From the NCBI GenBank assembly GCA_963713825.1, contig CAVQNG010000003.1:1280001-1344000 (forward strand): DNA of 64,000 nucleotides, given 5' to 3'. The translations under genes and the position numbers were made by a program. This DNA is from an uncultured Acidobacteriota bacterium. GTDB lineage: Bacteria > Acidobacteriota > Thermoanaerobaculia > Multivoradales > JAHEKO01. Numbering within the stretch: position 1 is the first letter of the stretch; the number at the start of each line of letters is the position of its first letter. Below the pieces are notes generated by a model, which was not told where the DNA came from, searched no databases, and saw only the letters and a list, made by a program, of their open reading frames with translations. This document shows positions 47,476 through 55,913 of this stretch, in pieces.

Positions 47476-49398
47476 TTACTGCACCGTTGCGCTCCATGCG
47501 GAGGTGTCGCCGCTCTCGAATCCGTCGGCGAACGGCAAACCTGTACAGAACTGCCCCCAATGGGTGGCCCAGCGCCCTCTCTCGACCGCGCCGCCGTCGC
47601 CTGTGTTTGTGGGGCTGCCCTGCGTCATGGCGTACTGATTGAACACCCAGAAGCAACCGCTCGCTGCCGGGTCGATTGCGATTCCAGACCAGTCGCCCCA
47701 GCGATTGGCATTGCCGTCGCCTAGCCGAGTTCGAACGTAGAAGGCCTCGCCTTCATGGAGTGTCCCGGAGCCCCGGGTGGTCCCCGCGGCATCGGAAACA
47801 CCGCGGAAGGTGAAGTAGGCACCTGGGTTGATGGTCGGGCTGGATGCCGCGAAGCCCACGGCGACCGAGGCGCCATCGAAGGTGATCGACGGGAAGAAAG
47901 TATGTGTACCTGCTGATATGTCCTCGCCATCGACCACGCCCTGATCCGCGGTGGTCAGATTTGCCATGTTGCTGGTGTCGATCTCGTTCCAGTAGGCGGT
48001 GGCCTCACCGTCGTTGCCTGGAAAAGCGGTACCGGTCGGGTTGATCGTCTGAGCGGTAAACAAGGAATTGTCGCGCCAAACTGCTGAGAGCGTGGAACGG
48101 TCGTTGGTTTCGACCCTGACCGTCGTGCCCTTCTGACGGGCGTTGGGCAGCTGTGGAGCGCTCGACAGGTCCTCGATGTCTCCGAGGTTCACGAAATCAT
48201 GTGTGAACGTGGCGGCGCCCAGGGGGTTGTCAACTCGAATCACTTGCAGCAGCTCGGCTTTGGTTCCGTCGCCGCCCGTGTCGAATGTCGTGCCCGAGTA
48301 TCCGACGAGATAAGTTCCGAATCCCGCAGCCGGGGTGCCGAAGACTGCCGCTGGCTGAAGTGCAGCCTGCAGATCCAGGGCCACGCCGGTAGTGCTGTAG
48401 GGCTCAAAGAGATTGACGTCGGCTGTGTCGCAGTCGTAGAAGCCACCGGTCGTACCCTTGTCGATCGTCCAGAGGCGAATCCCACCGAAGGGCAGGGCAG
48501 GGTCTTCGGAGGCGAACTCGAACAAGCTTGCGGTGAGGTAGACAGCTTCTTCGTCGACCACCAGGCCGGGGTAGTCGGCCCACGTGAATACGCCGCCACC
48601 GACATCGGTCTTGGCCTCGATCTCCGCACTGCACCAGGTCCCATTTGGATTCCCATCGTCAGAGACTGCGACAAAGAGGCTCGACTCGTCGGTGGGAGTC
48701 CCATCGAGAATCTGATCCGAGACGCTGAGAATGACCACCACGAAACGATCTTCATACGGGTCGTACGTCACCTTCGGGTCGTAGGTGAAGGCGAGGGGGG
48801 TGAGGCCGAGGTTGGTCAAGAAGCCGTCCAGATCGCCTTGAGAATCGAGAGTCCCATCCTTCTGCCGGATCTCGATGATCTCGTTGATGATGTCGACGAC
48901 ATGATTCTGGCCGACGGCGCCGATCGGATCCGGCGGAATCCGGCCCTCGCCATTGACGATCGGGTTGTCGTCGAAATCGGGACCCTCGAAGGAAGTGAAT
49001 AGGGTTGGAGCATTGGGCAGCGGGGCTCGCGACCCTTCGCTGCTTGACTCGACTGAAGCCTCCGAGCGCTCGGTCGGTGCCGTGCGTGGCTCGCTGCGCC
49101 CCGGGGAATCAATGACCTGAATGAAGCTCAGCAAGTCGGGCTGTGAGACTCGATACTGCGCCCCGGGTTCACGAACGTCGGCCTGTACCGGGACGCCCTC
49201 CACCGAGCCGATGAAAGCACGAGGAGCACCGGAGGCTCTGAGAGGAAGACGGGCTGGTCTCGTGGTATGTGAACTTTCGATACCTGGCTGCGGGAAATCG
49301 GTTTCGTGGCCCGAAAGGACGAGACCCAACCCGACAGCCAATGCGACAGAGAATAGTGCCAGGACCAATACAGTCTTGTGTGATTTGAGAAATTTCAT
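47476..49398 (-). CDS. Secreted hypothetical beta-rich protein with C-terminal FADGFESG tail
   Basis: N-terminal hydrophobic signal; PPDPIGAVG..HVV, DPKV.YD, WADYPGL and RWGDWSG...DP motifs; ends PFADGFESGDTSAWSATVQ. Confidence 0.75.
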   Translation of the reverse strand: MKFLKSHKTVLVLALFSVALAVGLGLVLSGHETDFPQPGIESSHTTRPARLPLRASGAPRAFIGSVEGVPVQADVREPGAQYRVSQPDLLSFIQVIDSPGRSEPRTAPTERSEASVESSSEGSRAPLPNAPTLFTSFEGPDFDDNPIVNGEGRIPPDPIGAVGQNHVVDIINEIIEIRQKDGTLDSQGDLDGFLTNLGLTPLAFTYDPKVTYDPYEDRFVVVILSVSDQILDGTPTDESSLFVAVSDDGNPNGTWCSAEIEAKTDVGGGVFTWADYPGLVVDEEAVYLTASLFEFASEDPALPFGGIRLWTIDKGTTGGFYDCDTADVNLFEPYSTTGVALDLQAALQPAAVFGTPAAGFGTYLVGYSGTTFDTGGDGTKAELLQVIRVDNPLGAATFTHDFVNLGDIEDLSSAPQLPNARQKGTTVRVETNDRSTLSAVWRDNSLFTAQTINPTGTAFPGNDGEATAYWNEIDTSNMANLTTADQGVVDGEDISAGTHTFFPSITFDGASVAVGFAASSPTINPGAYFTFRGVSDAAGTTRGSGTLHEGEAFYVRTRLGDGNANRWGDWSGIAIDPAASGCFWVFNQYAMTQGSPTNTGDGGAVERGRWATHWGQFCTGLPFADGFESGDTSAWSATVQ

Positions 49399-49630
49399 CT
49401 TGATAGCTCCACGAGGCGGTCATCATCGTCGGGTCGACACGCCCGGAAAATGGGGGCAAATCCACCATTTTGAGACCCTCCTGCAGGTCCTTTCTGGGCG
49501 AATCCGCCTGACCCTTCTGAGACCTGCGATTCTCCAGGCTCGGGCCGCCGAAGTCAAATAGAGCGAGATACATATAGGCACAACCTGGGTTGATTCCAAG
49601 GGGTAGAACCCTTTAGGGTCGGGAACTGCC

Positions 49631-50887
49631 ATGGATGGAACCTCGGACATCGTCCTCGAACCGGAAATGCGGGTGCTTCTGCGAACCGCAAGGATCGAGC
49701 TCGGGGTGCAAGATGTCGGAGATTTGACGCAGCTCGTCCACAATGGGTTGGATTGGCGGCGCTTGCTGGAAAGGGCCGAGTGGAATGAGACTGCAGCCCT
49801 TGTGGTGCGTCACCTGGAGGCTGCTGGCCAGATCGAGGTGGTTCCGGAGGCAGTCCTCTCGAGGCTACGGACCATCAAGCTGGAGCAGCGGGTGCGGTTC
49901 TTCTTCTTCCTTCAGCCCGAGTTGCTGCGGGTGCTCGAAGGGATGGAGTCGGCGGGGTTGGAGATCATCCCTCTGAAGGGCGCCTACCTGATGAACAAGA
50001 TCTACCCGGACGTGAGCCTCCGGCCAGTGGGTGACCTGGATCTCCTGGCGCGAGAAGAGGATCTGCCCCGTGCGATGCAGACTCTCTCCCAGCTGGGGTA
50101 TCGATCCAAGGCGGGCGAGGAGCCGCTGCCCAGTGGCGCGATCGACGACCACCATCACTGTCCCAGAGTGCTGAGCCCCGATGGGTCCGTCGAGCTCGAG
50201 CTGCATCGTCATGTCGTCCGACGACGGACTCCTCTCTATTTTCCTGTCGAGCGATTCTGGGAGCGCAGCGCAGTTGGTGAAATCAAGGGGCGAACGGTGA
50301 GAGTGCTGGCCGGCGAGGATCTGGTGACCCACCTCTGCTGCGCCTTCTTTCTCGACCGTCGAAGGAGAGCTCGAGGGTACGGTGCCTTGCGGCAGTTGAT
50401 GGATCTGTCGGAGTCGGTCCGTCATTGCGAGCCCGACATCGATTGGGAGAGGTTGATCCAGGAGAACGCAGGCGGGGCTCTGCAGGCTCCTCTCTACGTT
50501 GCACTGCGAGCGGCACGAGAGTTGCTGGAGGCGCCGGTGCCAGCTGAGTTTCTGGACAACTTCAGGCCGAGGAAGTTCGACGACGACGTATTCGGCCACT
50601 TCCTGCGTTACAAAGTTCTCAACCCTGGAATGTGGTTTTTCCACGAGCTCGTGGACCCGCACGACAATCATTGGTGGAACATGAGCAAAGCCGCCATTCA
50701 CAGGCTATTACCGCCGACTTCCTATCTACAGAACAAGTATGGCCCGGGGGACGACAGGGCGGAAGGGCAATTGCTCCGGAGGCACTTGCGGGATACTTTC
50801 CGCACGGCTCTGGCGACTTGTCGAAGGCCGGGCTCGATGATTCGGGAGCTGCGAGCCGACTTCTGGATGAATCAGATCCAGCTCTGA
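49631..50887 (+). CDS. Nucleotidyltransferase family protein (NTP_transf_5-like)
   Basis: PLKGAYL...YP...RPVGDLDLL and ELH motifs, typical of nucleotidyltransferases in lasso-peptide and PqqD loci. Confidence 0.85.
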   Translation: MDGTSDIVLEPEMRVLLRTARIELGVQDVGDLTQLVHNGLDWRRLLERAEWNETAALVVRHLEAAGQIEVVPEAVLSRLRTIKLEQRVRFFFFLQPELLRVLEGMESAGLEIIPLKGAYLMNKIYPDVSLRPVGDLDLLAREEDLPRAMQTLSQLGYRSKAGEEPLPSGAIDDHHHCPRVLSPDGSVELELHRHVVRRRTPLYFPVERFWERSAVGEIKGRTVRVLAGEDLVTHLCCAFFLDRRRRARGYGALRQLMDLSESVRHCEPDIDWERLIQENAGGALQAPLYVALRAARELLEAPVPAEFLDNFRPRKFDDDVFGHFLRYKVLNPGMWFFHELVDPHDNHWWNMSKAAIHRLLPPTSYLQNKYGPGDDRAEGQLLRRHLRDTFRTALATCRRPGSMIRELRADFWMNQIQL

Positions 50888-50903
50888 TTCTTCAGGTCGG
50901 GTG

Positions 50904-51731
50904 CTAGGTGGCTACCCTCATTGTCTCGAGGACCAGCTCGCATGTCGCGCCGAGTCGGCTAGAGGTCAATTCGAAACAGGGGACTCTGGTGGCGATATCG
51001 ACTGCGACATCCAAGCCGCTGCCTGGGTGGGCCAGTGGATTGAGGGCGTTGGAGTAGAGCCTGACGGCGGCTTTCGCGGTTCCGATCTCCTGGACCCTTG
51101 GCTGTTCAGCGTTGGGATCGAAGCGGGGGAAGAACACACCCGCCAAAGGTACGGGTGTGTCCACAGGCGGTTGCGCCAGGCAACGGACCGGTACGTGCAG
51201 GGGATCCTGACCCTGGAGGAGATCGGCAGGAGCCGCGTAGGGAATCGGCGGATTCGATTTGAGACAGATCGCTCGACTGAAGGGGGCCACGGTCAAGTCT
51301 GTCGGATTGATCGGCCCCAGCTCATCGCTCGAGTAGCGAAGACCGTGCTGTAGAAGTGCCCAGGACAGCGTCGACTTGCCGTGTCCTCGAGGGGCGGGGA
51401 AGAGGAACGATCGTTCGTCGAGAGTCACGACCGCGGCATGCTGGAAGTAGAGGTCCGGTCTCAGGAGTTGCAGCTGCACGACGAGATCGTCATCGAAGTG
51501 CATCAGCAGATCTGCCGATCTCTGGACGCAGATCACATCTGTATTTCGTTGGATGCGAAGCCCTGAAGAGGTCGAGTCATCGATGGAGTAGGACAGGTCG
51601 GGTGTAGCGTCGGGAACCTCGAGGTGCCCGTAGCTTGCCCTGAGCACAGAGATGCCATCTTCGCAGTCGCCACGAGTCTCGATGACTCGATCCAGGATGC
51701 GAATGACCAGGGAGGGTGGTGTGACGCTCAA
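50904..51731 (-). CDS. HPr kinase-related P-loop kinase
   Basis: QHAAVV, Walker A APRGHGKST and YSSDE motifs; TTG start after AAGGA. Confidence 0.82.
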   Translation of the reverse strand: MSVTPPSLVIRILDRVIETRGDCEDGISVLRASYGHLEVPDATPDLSYSIDDSTSSGLRIQRNTDVICVQRSADLLMHFDDDLVVQLQLLRPDLYFQHAAVVTLDERSFLFPAPRGHGKSTLSWALLQHGLRYSSDELGPINPTDLTVAPFSRAICLKSNPPIPYAAPADLLQGQDPLHVPVRCLAQPPVDTPVPLAGVFFPRFDPNAEQPRVQEIGTAKAAVRLYSNALNPLAHPGSGLDVAVDIATRVPCFELTSSRLGATCELVLETMRVAT

Positions 51732-51800
51732 GATCCTTCGCCCTTAAACTCAATGATCGAATCAGGGATCTGGTCTAGGGAATGAAGCGACTCGGACAAA

Positions 51801-51829
51801 GAAAAACCGGCGCGCCGAGCGCGCCGGTT
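51801..51829 (-). terminator. Intrinsic terminator downstream of the small peptide gene
   Basis: AACCGGCGCGC-3 nt-GCGCGCCGGTT 11-bp stem followed by TTTCTTT on the minus strand. Confidence 0.75.
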
Positions 51830-51911
51830 CATGTACAAACCTGCCTTCGCAGGCATCGCTAATCCGAGCCAAACCTGGGCCGTTGATCAGCCCGCGAGGC
51901 GAGATCGTGAT

Positions 51912-52061
51912 CTAGCGAGTCGGTGACGGCTTGTCCGTCCTGGTCGGTGCACCCGAGGACGCATTGGCCTTACCAGGCTTGGCCGCAAGCGTCAGAATTA
52001 CGGGCGTCGCGTAGGCAGCCGCCTTCAGTACCTCTCTGCGTGTTCTCTTCTTTTCTGCCAT
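51912..52061 (-). CDS. 49-aa putative precursor peptide (Tat-like leader plus Ser/Thr/Pro-rich tail)
   Basis: RBS AAAGGAG; MAEKKRTRREVLKAAAYATPVILTLAAKPGKANA-SSGAPTRTDKPSPTR; lies between the PqqD and kinase genes. Confidence 0.75.
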   Translation of the reverse strand: MAEKKRTRREVLKAAAYATPVILTLAAKPGKANASSGAPTRTDKPSPTR

Positions 52062-52140
52062 AACCGCTCTCCTTTCTTCCTTAACAGTACTCCCTCGTAC
52101 TGTTGCTACCTTTTCTAAAAAGGTAGCAGAGCCTACATCA

Positions 52141-52401
52141 CTAGGATAACAGAAGTCCAATCTCCTCGAGCTTCTCGAGCGTATCGGCTACATCTTGCCC
52201 AGCAGTTTCGGCATCGACCTGGAAGGTCGTCGCCAACTCCTCGGCGATCTGCTGCCGGTTGTGTTCGCCGTCACACAGTTGCCAGATGAAGCTCGCTGTC
52301 TGGTTCAATTGATGGATCTGTTCGGACTCTTTGTCCATGACCACCATCTCGCCTTCGACGATGCGTTCTTCGAATTCTGCGCGTCGGGTCGGATTCTTCA
52401 T
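52141..52401 (-). CDS. PqqD family peptide chaperone (stand-alone RRE)
   Basis: 86 aa; IHQLNQTASFIWQLCDG, IAEELATTFQV and DVADTLEKLEEIGLL. Confidence 0.9.
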   Translation of the reverse strand: MKNPTRRAEFEERIVEGEMVVMDKESEQIHQLNQTASFIWQLCDGEHNRQQIAEELATTFQVDAETAGQDVADTLEKLEEIGLLLS

Positions 52402-52443
52402 AACCTTTGTCCCAACTCCGAATGGAGTTCTGACTCAATAGAG

Positions 52444-52474
52444 AGTGTAGGAAGCCAGGGTTGATCGGTCAACC
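52444..52474 (-). promoter_or_regulatory. Sigma70-type promoter for the PqqD-peptide unit with overlapping palindrome
   Basis: Minus strand TTGACC-17 nt-TACACT; GGTTGA-N4-TCAACC palindrome (52459-52474) overlaps the -35 element. Confidence 0.55.
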
Positions 52475-52550
52475 TTATCGAGAACTCTCTATATTGCCTT
52501 TTTTGGTACCCGGTTTTCTCTAGACAGCTTGGCTGGGTGAGACGGTACCG

Positions 52551-53420
52551 TCAACAGGTGTCGTAGGAGAGCCAGCCAATCAGCTCGCCACTGGCTCCAA
52601 CAATCCGCTCGTGCTGGTAGCACTCGCCGGCAGGAGGTCGCCGGCTGCGAGGTGTGAAGATCGGGCTCCAGCCATCGTGAAGGCCAATCGCAGGCCCCTT
52701 GAGAGGGGTCAGGGCCCGGACGACAGATCCTTGACGAGTCGCCACGCATTCGAAGCCTGCGGCCTGAGAATTTACGGTTCGGACCCCAACTCTCTGGTCA
52801 TCGATCGACCACGCCTTGACGGCTTTGGCCGCGGTGCCCGGAGTCTGCGCCAGGCAGCTTTCGATGGCTGGAAGGAGATCGAAGAGTCGTTTCGACCAAT
52901 CGCCAGGGGGCTTCTCGTCGAGAACGGCGATCGGCAGACCGGCGAGGTCGGCGTCGATCTCTTCGATCAGCGCCTGGTCCTCCTCGATCAGCGGCTCGTC
53001 AGTGCTGTCTACCTGCGACTCCGACCAACTCTCGGTACTTGGATCCGAGGTCGAGTCGCAACAGCCCAGAAGAACGCTTCCATCGGGCAGCGAGAGACTG
53101 ACACTGTAGGGGTAATCGCGATCGACCATCGTGTCCGAGCAGGGCCGGTGGGTAACGAAGGCCACCAGGTCTCCTTCACCGAATTTGCCACGCCAGGCGA
53201 AGAGTCCGGCGTAGTCCAGCCGCTGGAAGGTGCCTTCGAGGGTTTGGCCGGCGGGTTCTTCAGGAGTCGCCCATCCGGCGTTCTCGCTATCGATCGCCAA
53301 GCCCCAGAAGGGCTCGTTGCCATTGCATTTGAACTCGGAGGGCATAGAGGCATGAGCCGCCGAGGCCAGCATGATGGCGCAAGACAAGATCGAGGCGGTC
53401 GGAAATGTAATTGAAGGCAA
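52551..53420 (-). CDS. Secreted hypothetical protein with COG3650-like N-terminal domain
   Basis: CNGNEPFWGLAI, CSDTMVDRDYPY and GCC motifs; signal peptide. Start uncertain. Confidence 0.65.
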   Translation of the reverse strand: MPSITFPTASILSCAIMLASAAHASMPSEFKCNGNEPFWGLAIDSENAGWATPEEPAGQTLEGTFQRLDYAGLFAWRGKFGEGDLVAFVTHRPCSDTMVDRDYPYSVSLSLPDGSVLLGCCDSTSDPSTESWSESQVDSTDEPLIEEDQALIEEIDADLAGLPIAVLDEKPPGDWSKRLFDLLPAIESCLAQTPGTAAKAVKAWSIDDQRVGVRTVNSQAAGFECVATRQGSVVRALTPLKGPAIGLHDGWSPIFTPRSRRPPAGECYQHERIVGASGELIGWLSYDTC

Positions 53421-53584
53421 CGGCGAAGGTCCTCTCGTCGGAGTGTGTCTCGTGAATCGTACCGCGTCGATCGCTCCAAGGAAAAGCGGTACGGAGTGGT
53501 ATGTTAGAAAGCCGTGCCTGAATCACAGTTGGGCCGCTGGGCCCTCGTGCCGGGCTCGCCGCCTTTCAAGAAAGGAGACTGCAG

Positions 53585-53788
53585 ATGCCAGTAGCGAAGG
53601 TTACAGAGATCTCGGCCACTTCCAAGACCAGTTTCGACAACGCCATCGCCAAAGGAATCGAACGGGCGAACAAGACTCTCGACGAGGTCAAAGGGGCTTG
53701 GGTCAACGAGATGAAGGTCGATGTGAAGGATGGCAAGATCGTCAGCTATCGAGTCAACATGAAGGTCACCTTTGTCCTGAAAAACTGA
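53585..53788 (+). CDS. Dodecin family protein
   Basis: 67 aa; VAKVTEI.ATS..SFDNAI..GI.RA.KTL, GAWV and YRVNMKVTF; RBS AAGGAG. Confidence 0.9.
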   Translation: MPVAKVTEISATSKTSFDNAIAKGIERANKTLDEVKGAWVNEMKVDVKDGKIVSYRVNMKVTFVLKN

Positions 53789-53858
53789 AACAGAACACTA
53801 GCCAAGCTCTGAACCCACTCGAGTCACTTGGAACTGCACCAGCGAGGAGCGTCAAGAT

Positions 53859-54356
53859 ATGGGCCTATTCGATTTCATCAAGGAAGCCGGCAGCAAGATC
53901 ATGGGTGGGGACGAGGCCGCGGAGCCTCAGTCTCAGACCACGACTTATAGCCCGGAAGAGATTCAGAAGATCAATGAGCGGCGACGGGCCATGGGCCTGG
54001 CCCAGAGTATCGAGACTTTGGGTTTGGAGATCGAAGATCTCGGAATCCGGGTCGATGACGACCTGGCCACGGTCTCCGGGCAGGTGGCGGACCAAGCCAC
54101 CAAGGAGAGGATCGTCCTCGCTCTGGGAAACACCGCTGGGATCGCCAGGGTCGACGACCAGATTGAGGTAGAGGCCGCCGCACCCGAGGCCCAGTTCCAT
54201 TCGGTGGCGTCAGGTGAAACGCTGTCGGCGATCGCGCAGAAGTACTATGGGAACGCGATGAAGTACCCCGTGATCTTCGAGGCCAACAAGCCCATGTTGT
54301 CGGATCCCGACAAGATCTACCCGGGCCAGGTGCTACGAATACCGCCGCTGGAGTAG
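53859..54356 (+). CDS. kbp: BON-LysM potassium-binding protein Kbp (YgaU)
   Basis: MGLFDFIKEAG start, BON domain with LGNTAGI, LysM GETLSAIAQKYYG..YPVIFEANKPML.DPDKIYPGQVLRIP. Confidence 0.92.
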   Translation: MGLFDFIKEAGSKIMGGDEAAEPQSQTTTYSPEEIQKINERRRAMGLAQSIETLGLEIEDLGIRVDDDLATVSGQVADQATKERIVLALGNTAGIARVDDQIEVEAAAPEAQFHSVASGETLSAIAQKYYGNAMKYPVIFEANKPMLSDPDKIYPGQVLRIPPLE

Positions 54357-54362
54357 TGGCGG

Positions 54363-55730
54363 TCAGGGTTCGACGACCGTGAATGTGGTCTGGTGCCGGG
54401 CTATCTGGATCGGTGTGGTCTCCTCTTCCGGTACTTCGAGATACCTGGCGACCGAGGACACGAGCCTCGAATACCAGACCGTGGCGGTGACCGTCACTGG
54501 TCCTGCCTTCAGACCTTCCGGTAGCGTCCAACTGTAGGTTTCGTTGCGGGCCTTCAGCGGGGCCAGCCTGTAGTCAGTGCCGAAAGCGGCTGTATTCCAT
54601 TGGGCAATCGTCATACGACCCTGGGGGTCGAGGTATGGCAAGCGAAAGATGCGCGCACCGGTCGGTACATCACCATCACGGAGCAGTCCGCCGAAGCCGT
54701 CGATGCCGCGAATCTCTCCGATGTCCTGATAGGCCAGGGTGTCTGGGGAGGCGATGGTCATTTCCTCGCCTTCGAACCCCTTGAGATCGACTGGCAGCGA
54801 GTAGCGATTTCCCTTCGCATCTTCCGCGTCGACCTGGATCCAAACGACTCTCTCTTCGGCCGATCCTGTTGGGATCATGTGAGCCGCCTTGGCGTTGACG
54901 ACGGTGGCCTGGAGGGTGACAGATCCTCCTGTCGGGACTTTCCGAATCGATGGGTGGATTCTCACTTCTACCGAGCCCGCGAGCTTGCCGTCGTCATGAG
55001 CGCCGTGGAACAGGTGCTGTCGGACGTCGGGATGATCGAGGCCACCACCATCTGGAGCACTGTTGCCAGACGCCGGTGGCATGTGACAGTCCTGGCAAAC
55101 GATGCCACCTTTTGCCTGTGGACTCTCCTTCCATTCGAGGTGGGTAGCCTTGACCCAGAGTCCCCACGGATCCTTTTCGTTGTGGCAGGTGCCGCAGAAC
55201 TCGGCGGTCATCAGGAAGGGGTTCGCCTGGATCTCGTGATACATGCTCTCAGTGCCAGTGCGAACGCCTTGCTGCACATCGCCGGGCTCGACTTGGAAGT
55301 TGAAATTGAATGGCACCTCTCCCTCGAAGCCGACGATCGAGTGGCACAGATCGCATGAGACTCCTTCGTTGGCTCGCGTGCCCTCGGCCGGTGGCTGCGG
55401 TGGGATGTCGCCGGCCAGAAAAGCCAACGGTGCGTGGCACCCATTGCAGCCGGCCTTGATGCCAGCGACCTTTGGCTCGATGAGGGAATGGGGTAGGGCA
55501 AGCTCGAAGTATTCGATCTCGTCCCAGGCATGGGTGTAGGACTGGGACATCATGGACTGCTTGTGCTGTTGGTAGAAGTGGTCGTGGCACTCGGCGCAGT
55601 CTTCGTCTGTGTCGAAGCTGCTGTAGGGATGCGTGCCCAGGGCAGCATCGCCAGCGGCGCCCGCATGGAGACCCGCAGCCGCGATGGTGTAGATGAGGGT
55701 GCATACGAGGAGCAGCCTTGTTGTCGACAT
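54363..55730 (-). CDS. Secreted pentaheme c-type cytochrome (cytochrome c554-like N-domain plus beta-rich C-domain)
   Basis: CAECH, CNGCH, CDLCH, CGTCH and CQDCH; HMIPTG; signal peptide. Confidence 0.88.
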   Translation of the reverse strand: MSTTRLLLVCTLIYTIAAAGLHAGAAGDAALGTHPYSSFDTDEDCAECHDHFYQQHKQSMMSQSYTHAWDEIEYFELALPHSLIEPKVAGIKAGCNGCHAPLAFLAGDIPPQPPAEGTRANEGVSCDLCHSIVGFEGEVPFNFNFQVEPGDVQQGVRTGTESMYHEIQANPFLMTAEFCGTCHNEKDPWGLWVKATHLEWKESPQAKGGIVCQDCHMPPASGNSAPDGGGLDHPDVRQHLFHGAHDDGKLAGSVEVRIHPSIRKVPTGGSVTLQATVVNAKAAHMIPTGSAEERVVWIQVDAEDAKGNRYSLPVDLKGFEGEEMTIASPDTLAYQDIGEIRGIDGFGGLLRDGDVPTGARIFRLPYLDPQGRMTIAQWNTAAFGTDYRLAPLKARNETYSWTLPEGLKAGPVTVTATVWYSRLVSSVARYLEVPEEETTPIQIARHQTTFTVVEP

Positions 55731-55849
55731 TTCTCTCTCCTGACAGGTCGTGGCCGAGATGAACTGTGTACCGGACCGCACGCATTGCTTCGAGGTCTGA
55801 TTGTGGATGTCGGAGCCATGGTCTGCCACGTACAGAAAGGTGGGCTCGG

Positions 55850-55899
55850 CTACCCGAACGGGTAGCTGGATTGACGCATCCTTTTGGTGACTCTATCCT
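55850..55899 (+). promoter_or_regulatory. Sigma70-type promoter with upstream palindrome
   Basis: TTGACG(55871)-17 nt-TATCCT(55894); GCTACCCG-AA-CGGGTAGC inverted repeat just upstream of the -35 element. Confidence 0.55.
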
Positions 55900-55913
55900 C
55901 GGGTGTGGATTCC

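Noticed and set aside
49631-52401. Calling the PqqD locus a lasso peptide or PQQ biosynthesis cluster
   Set aside because: No lasso cyclase, B2 peptidase or pqqABCE nearby; the peptide lacks the PqqA ExxxY motif.
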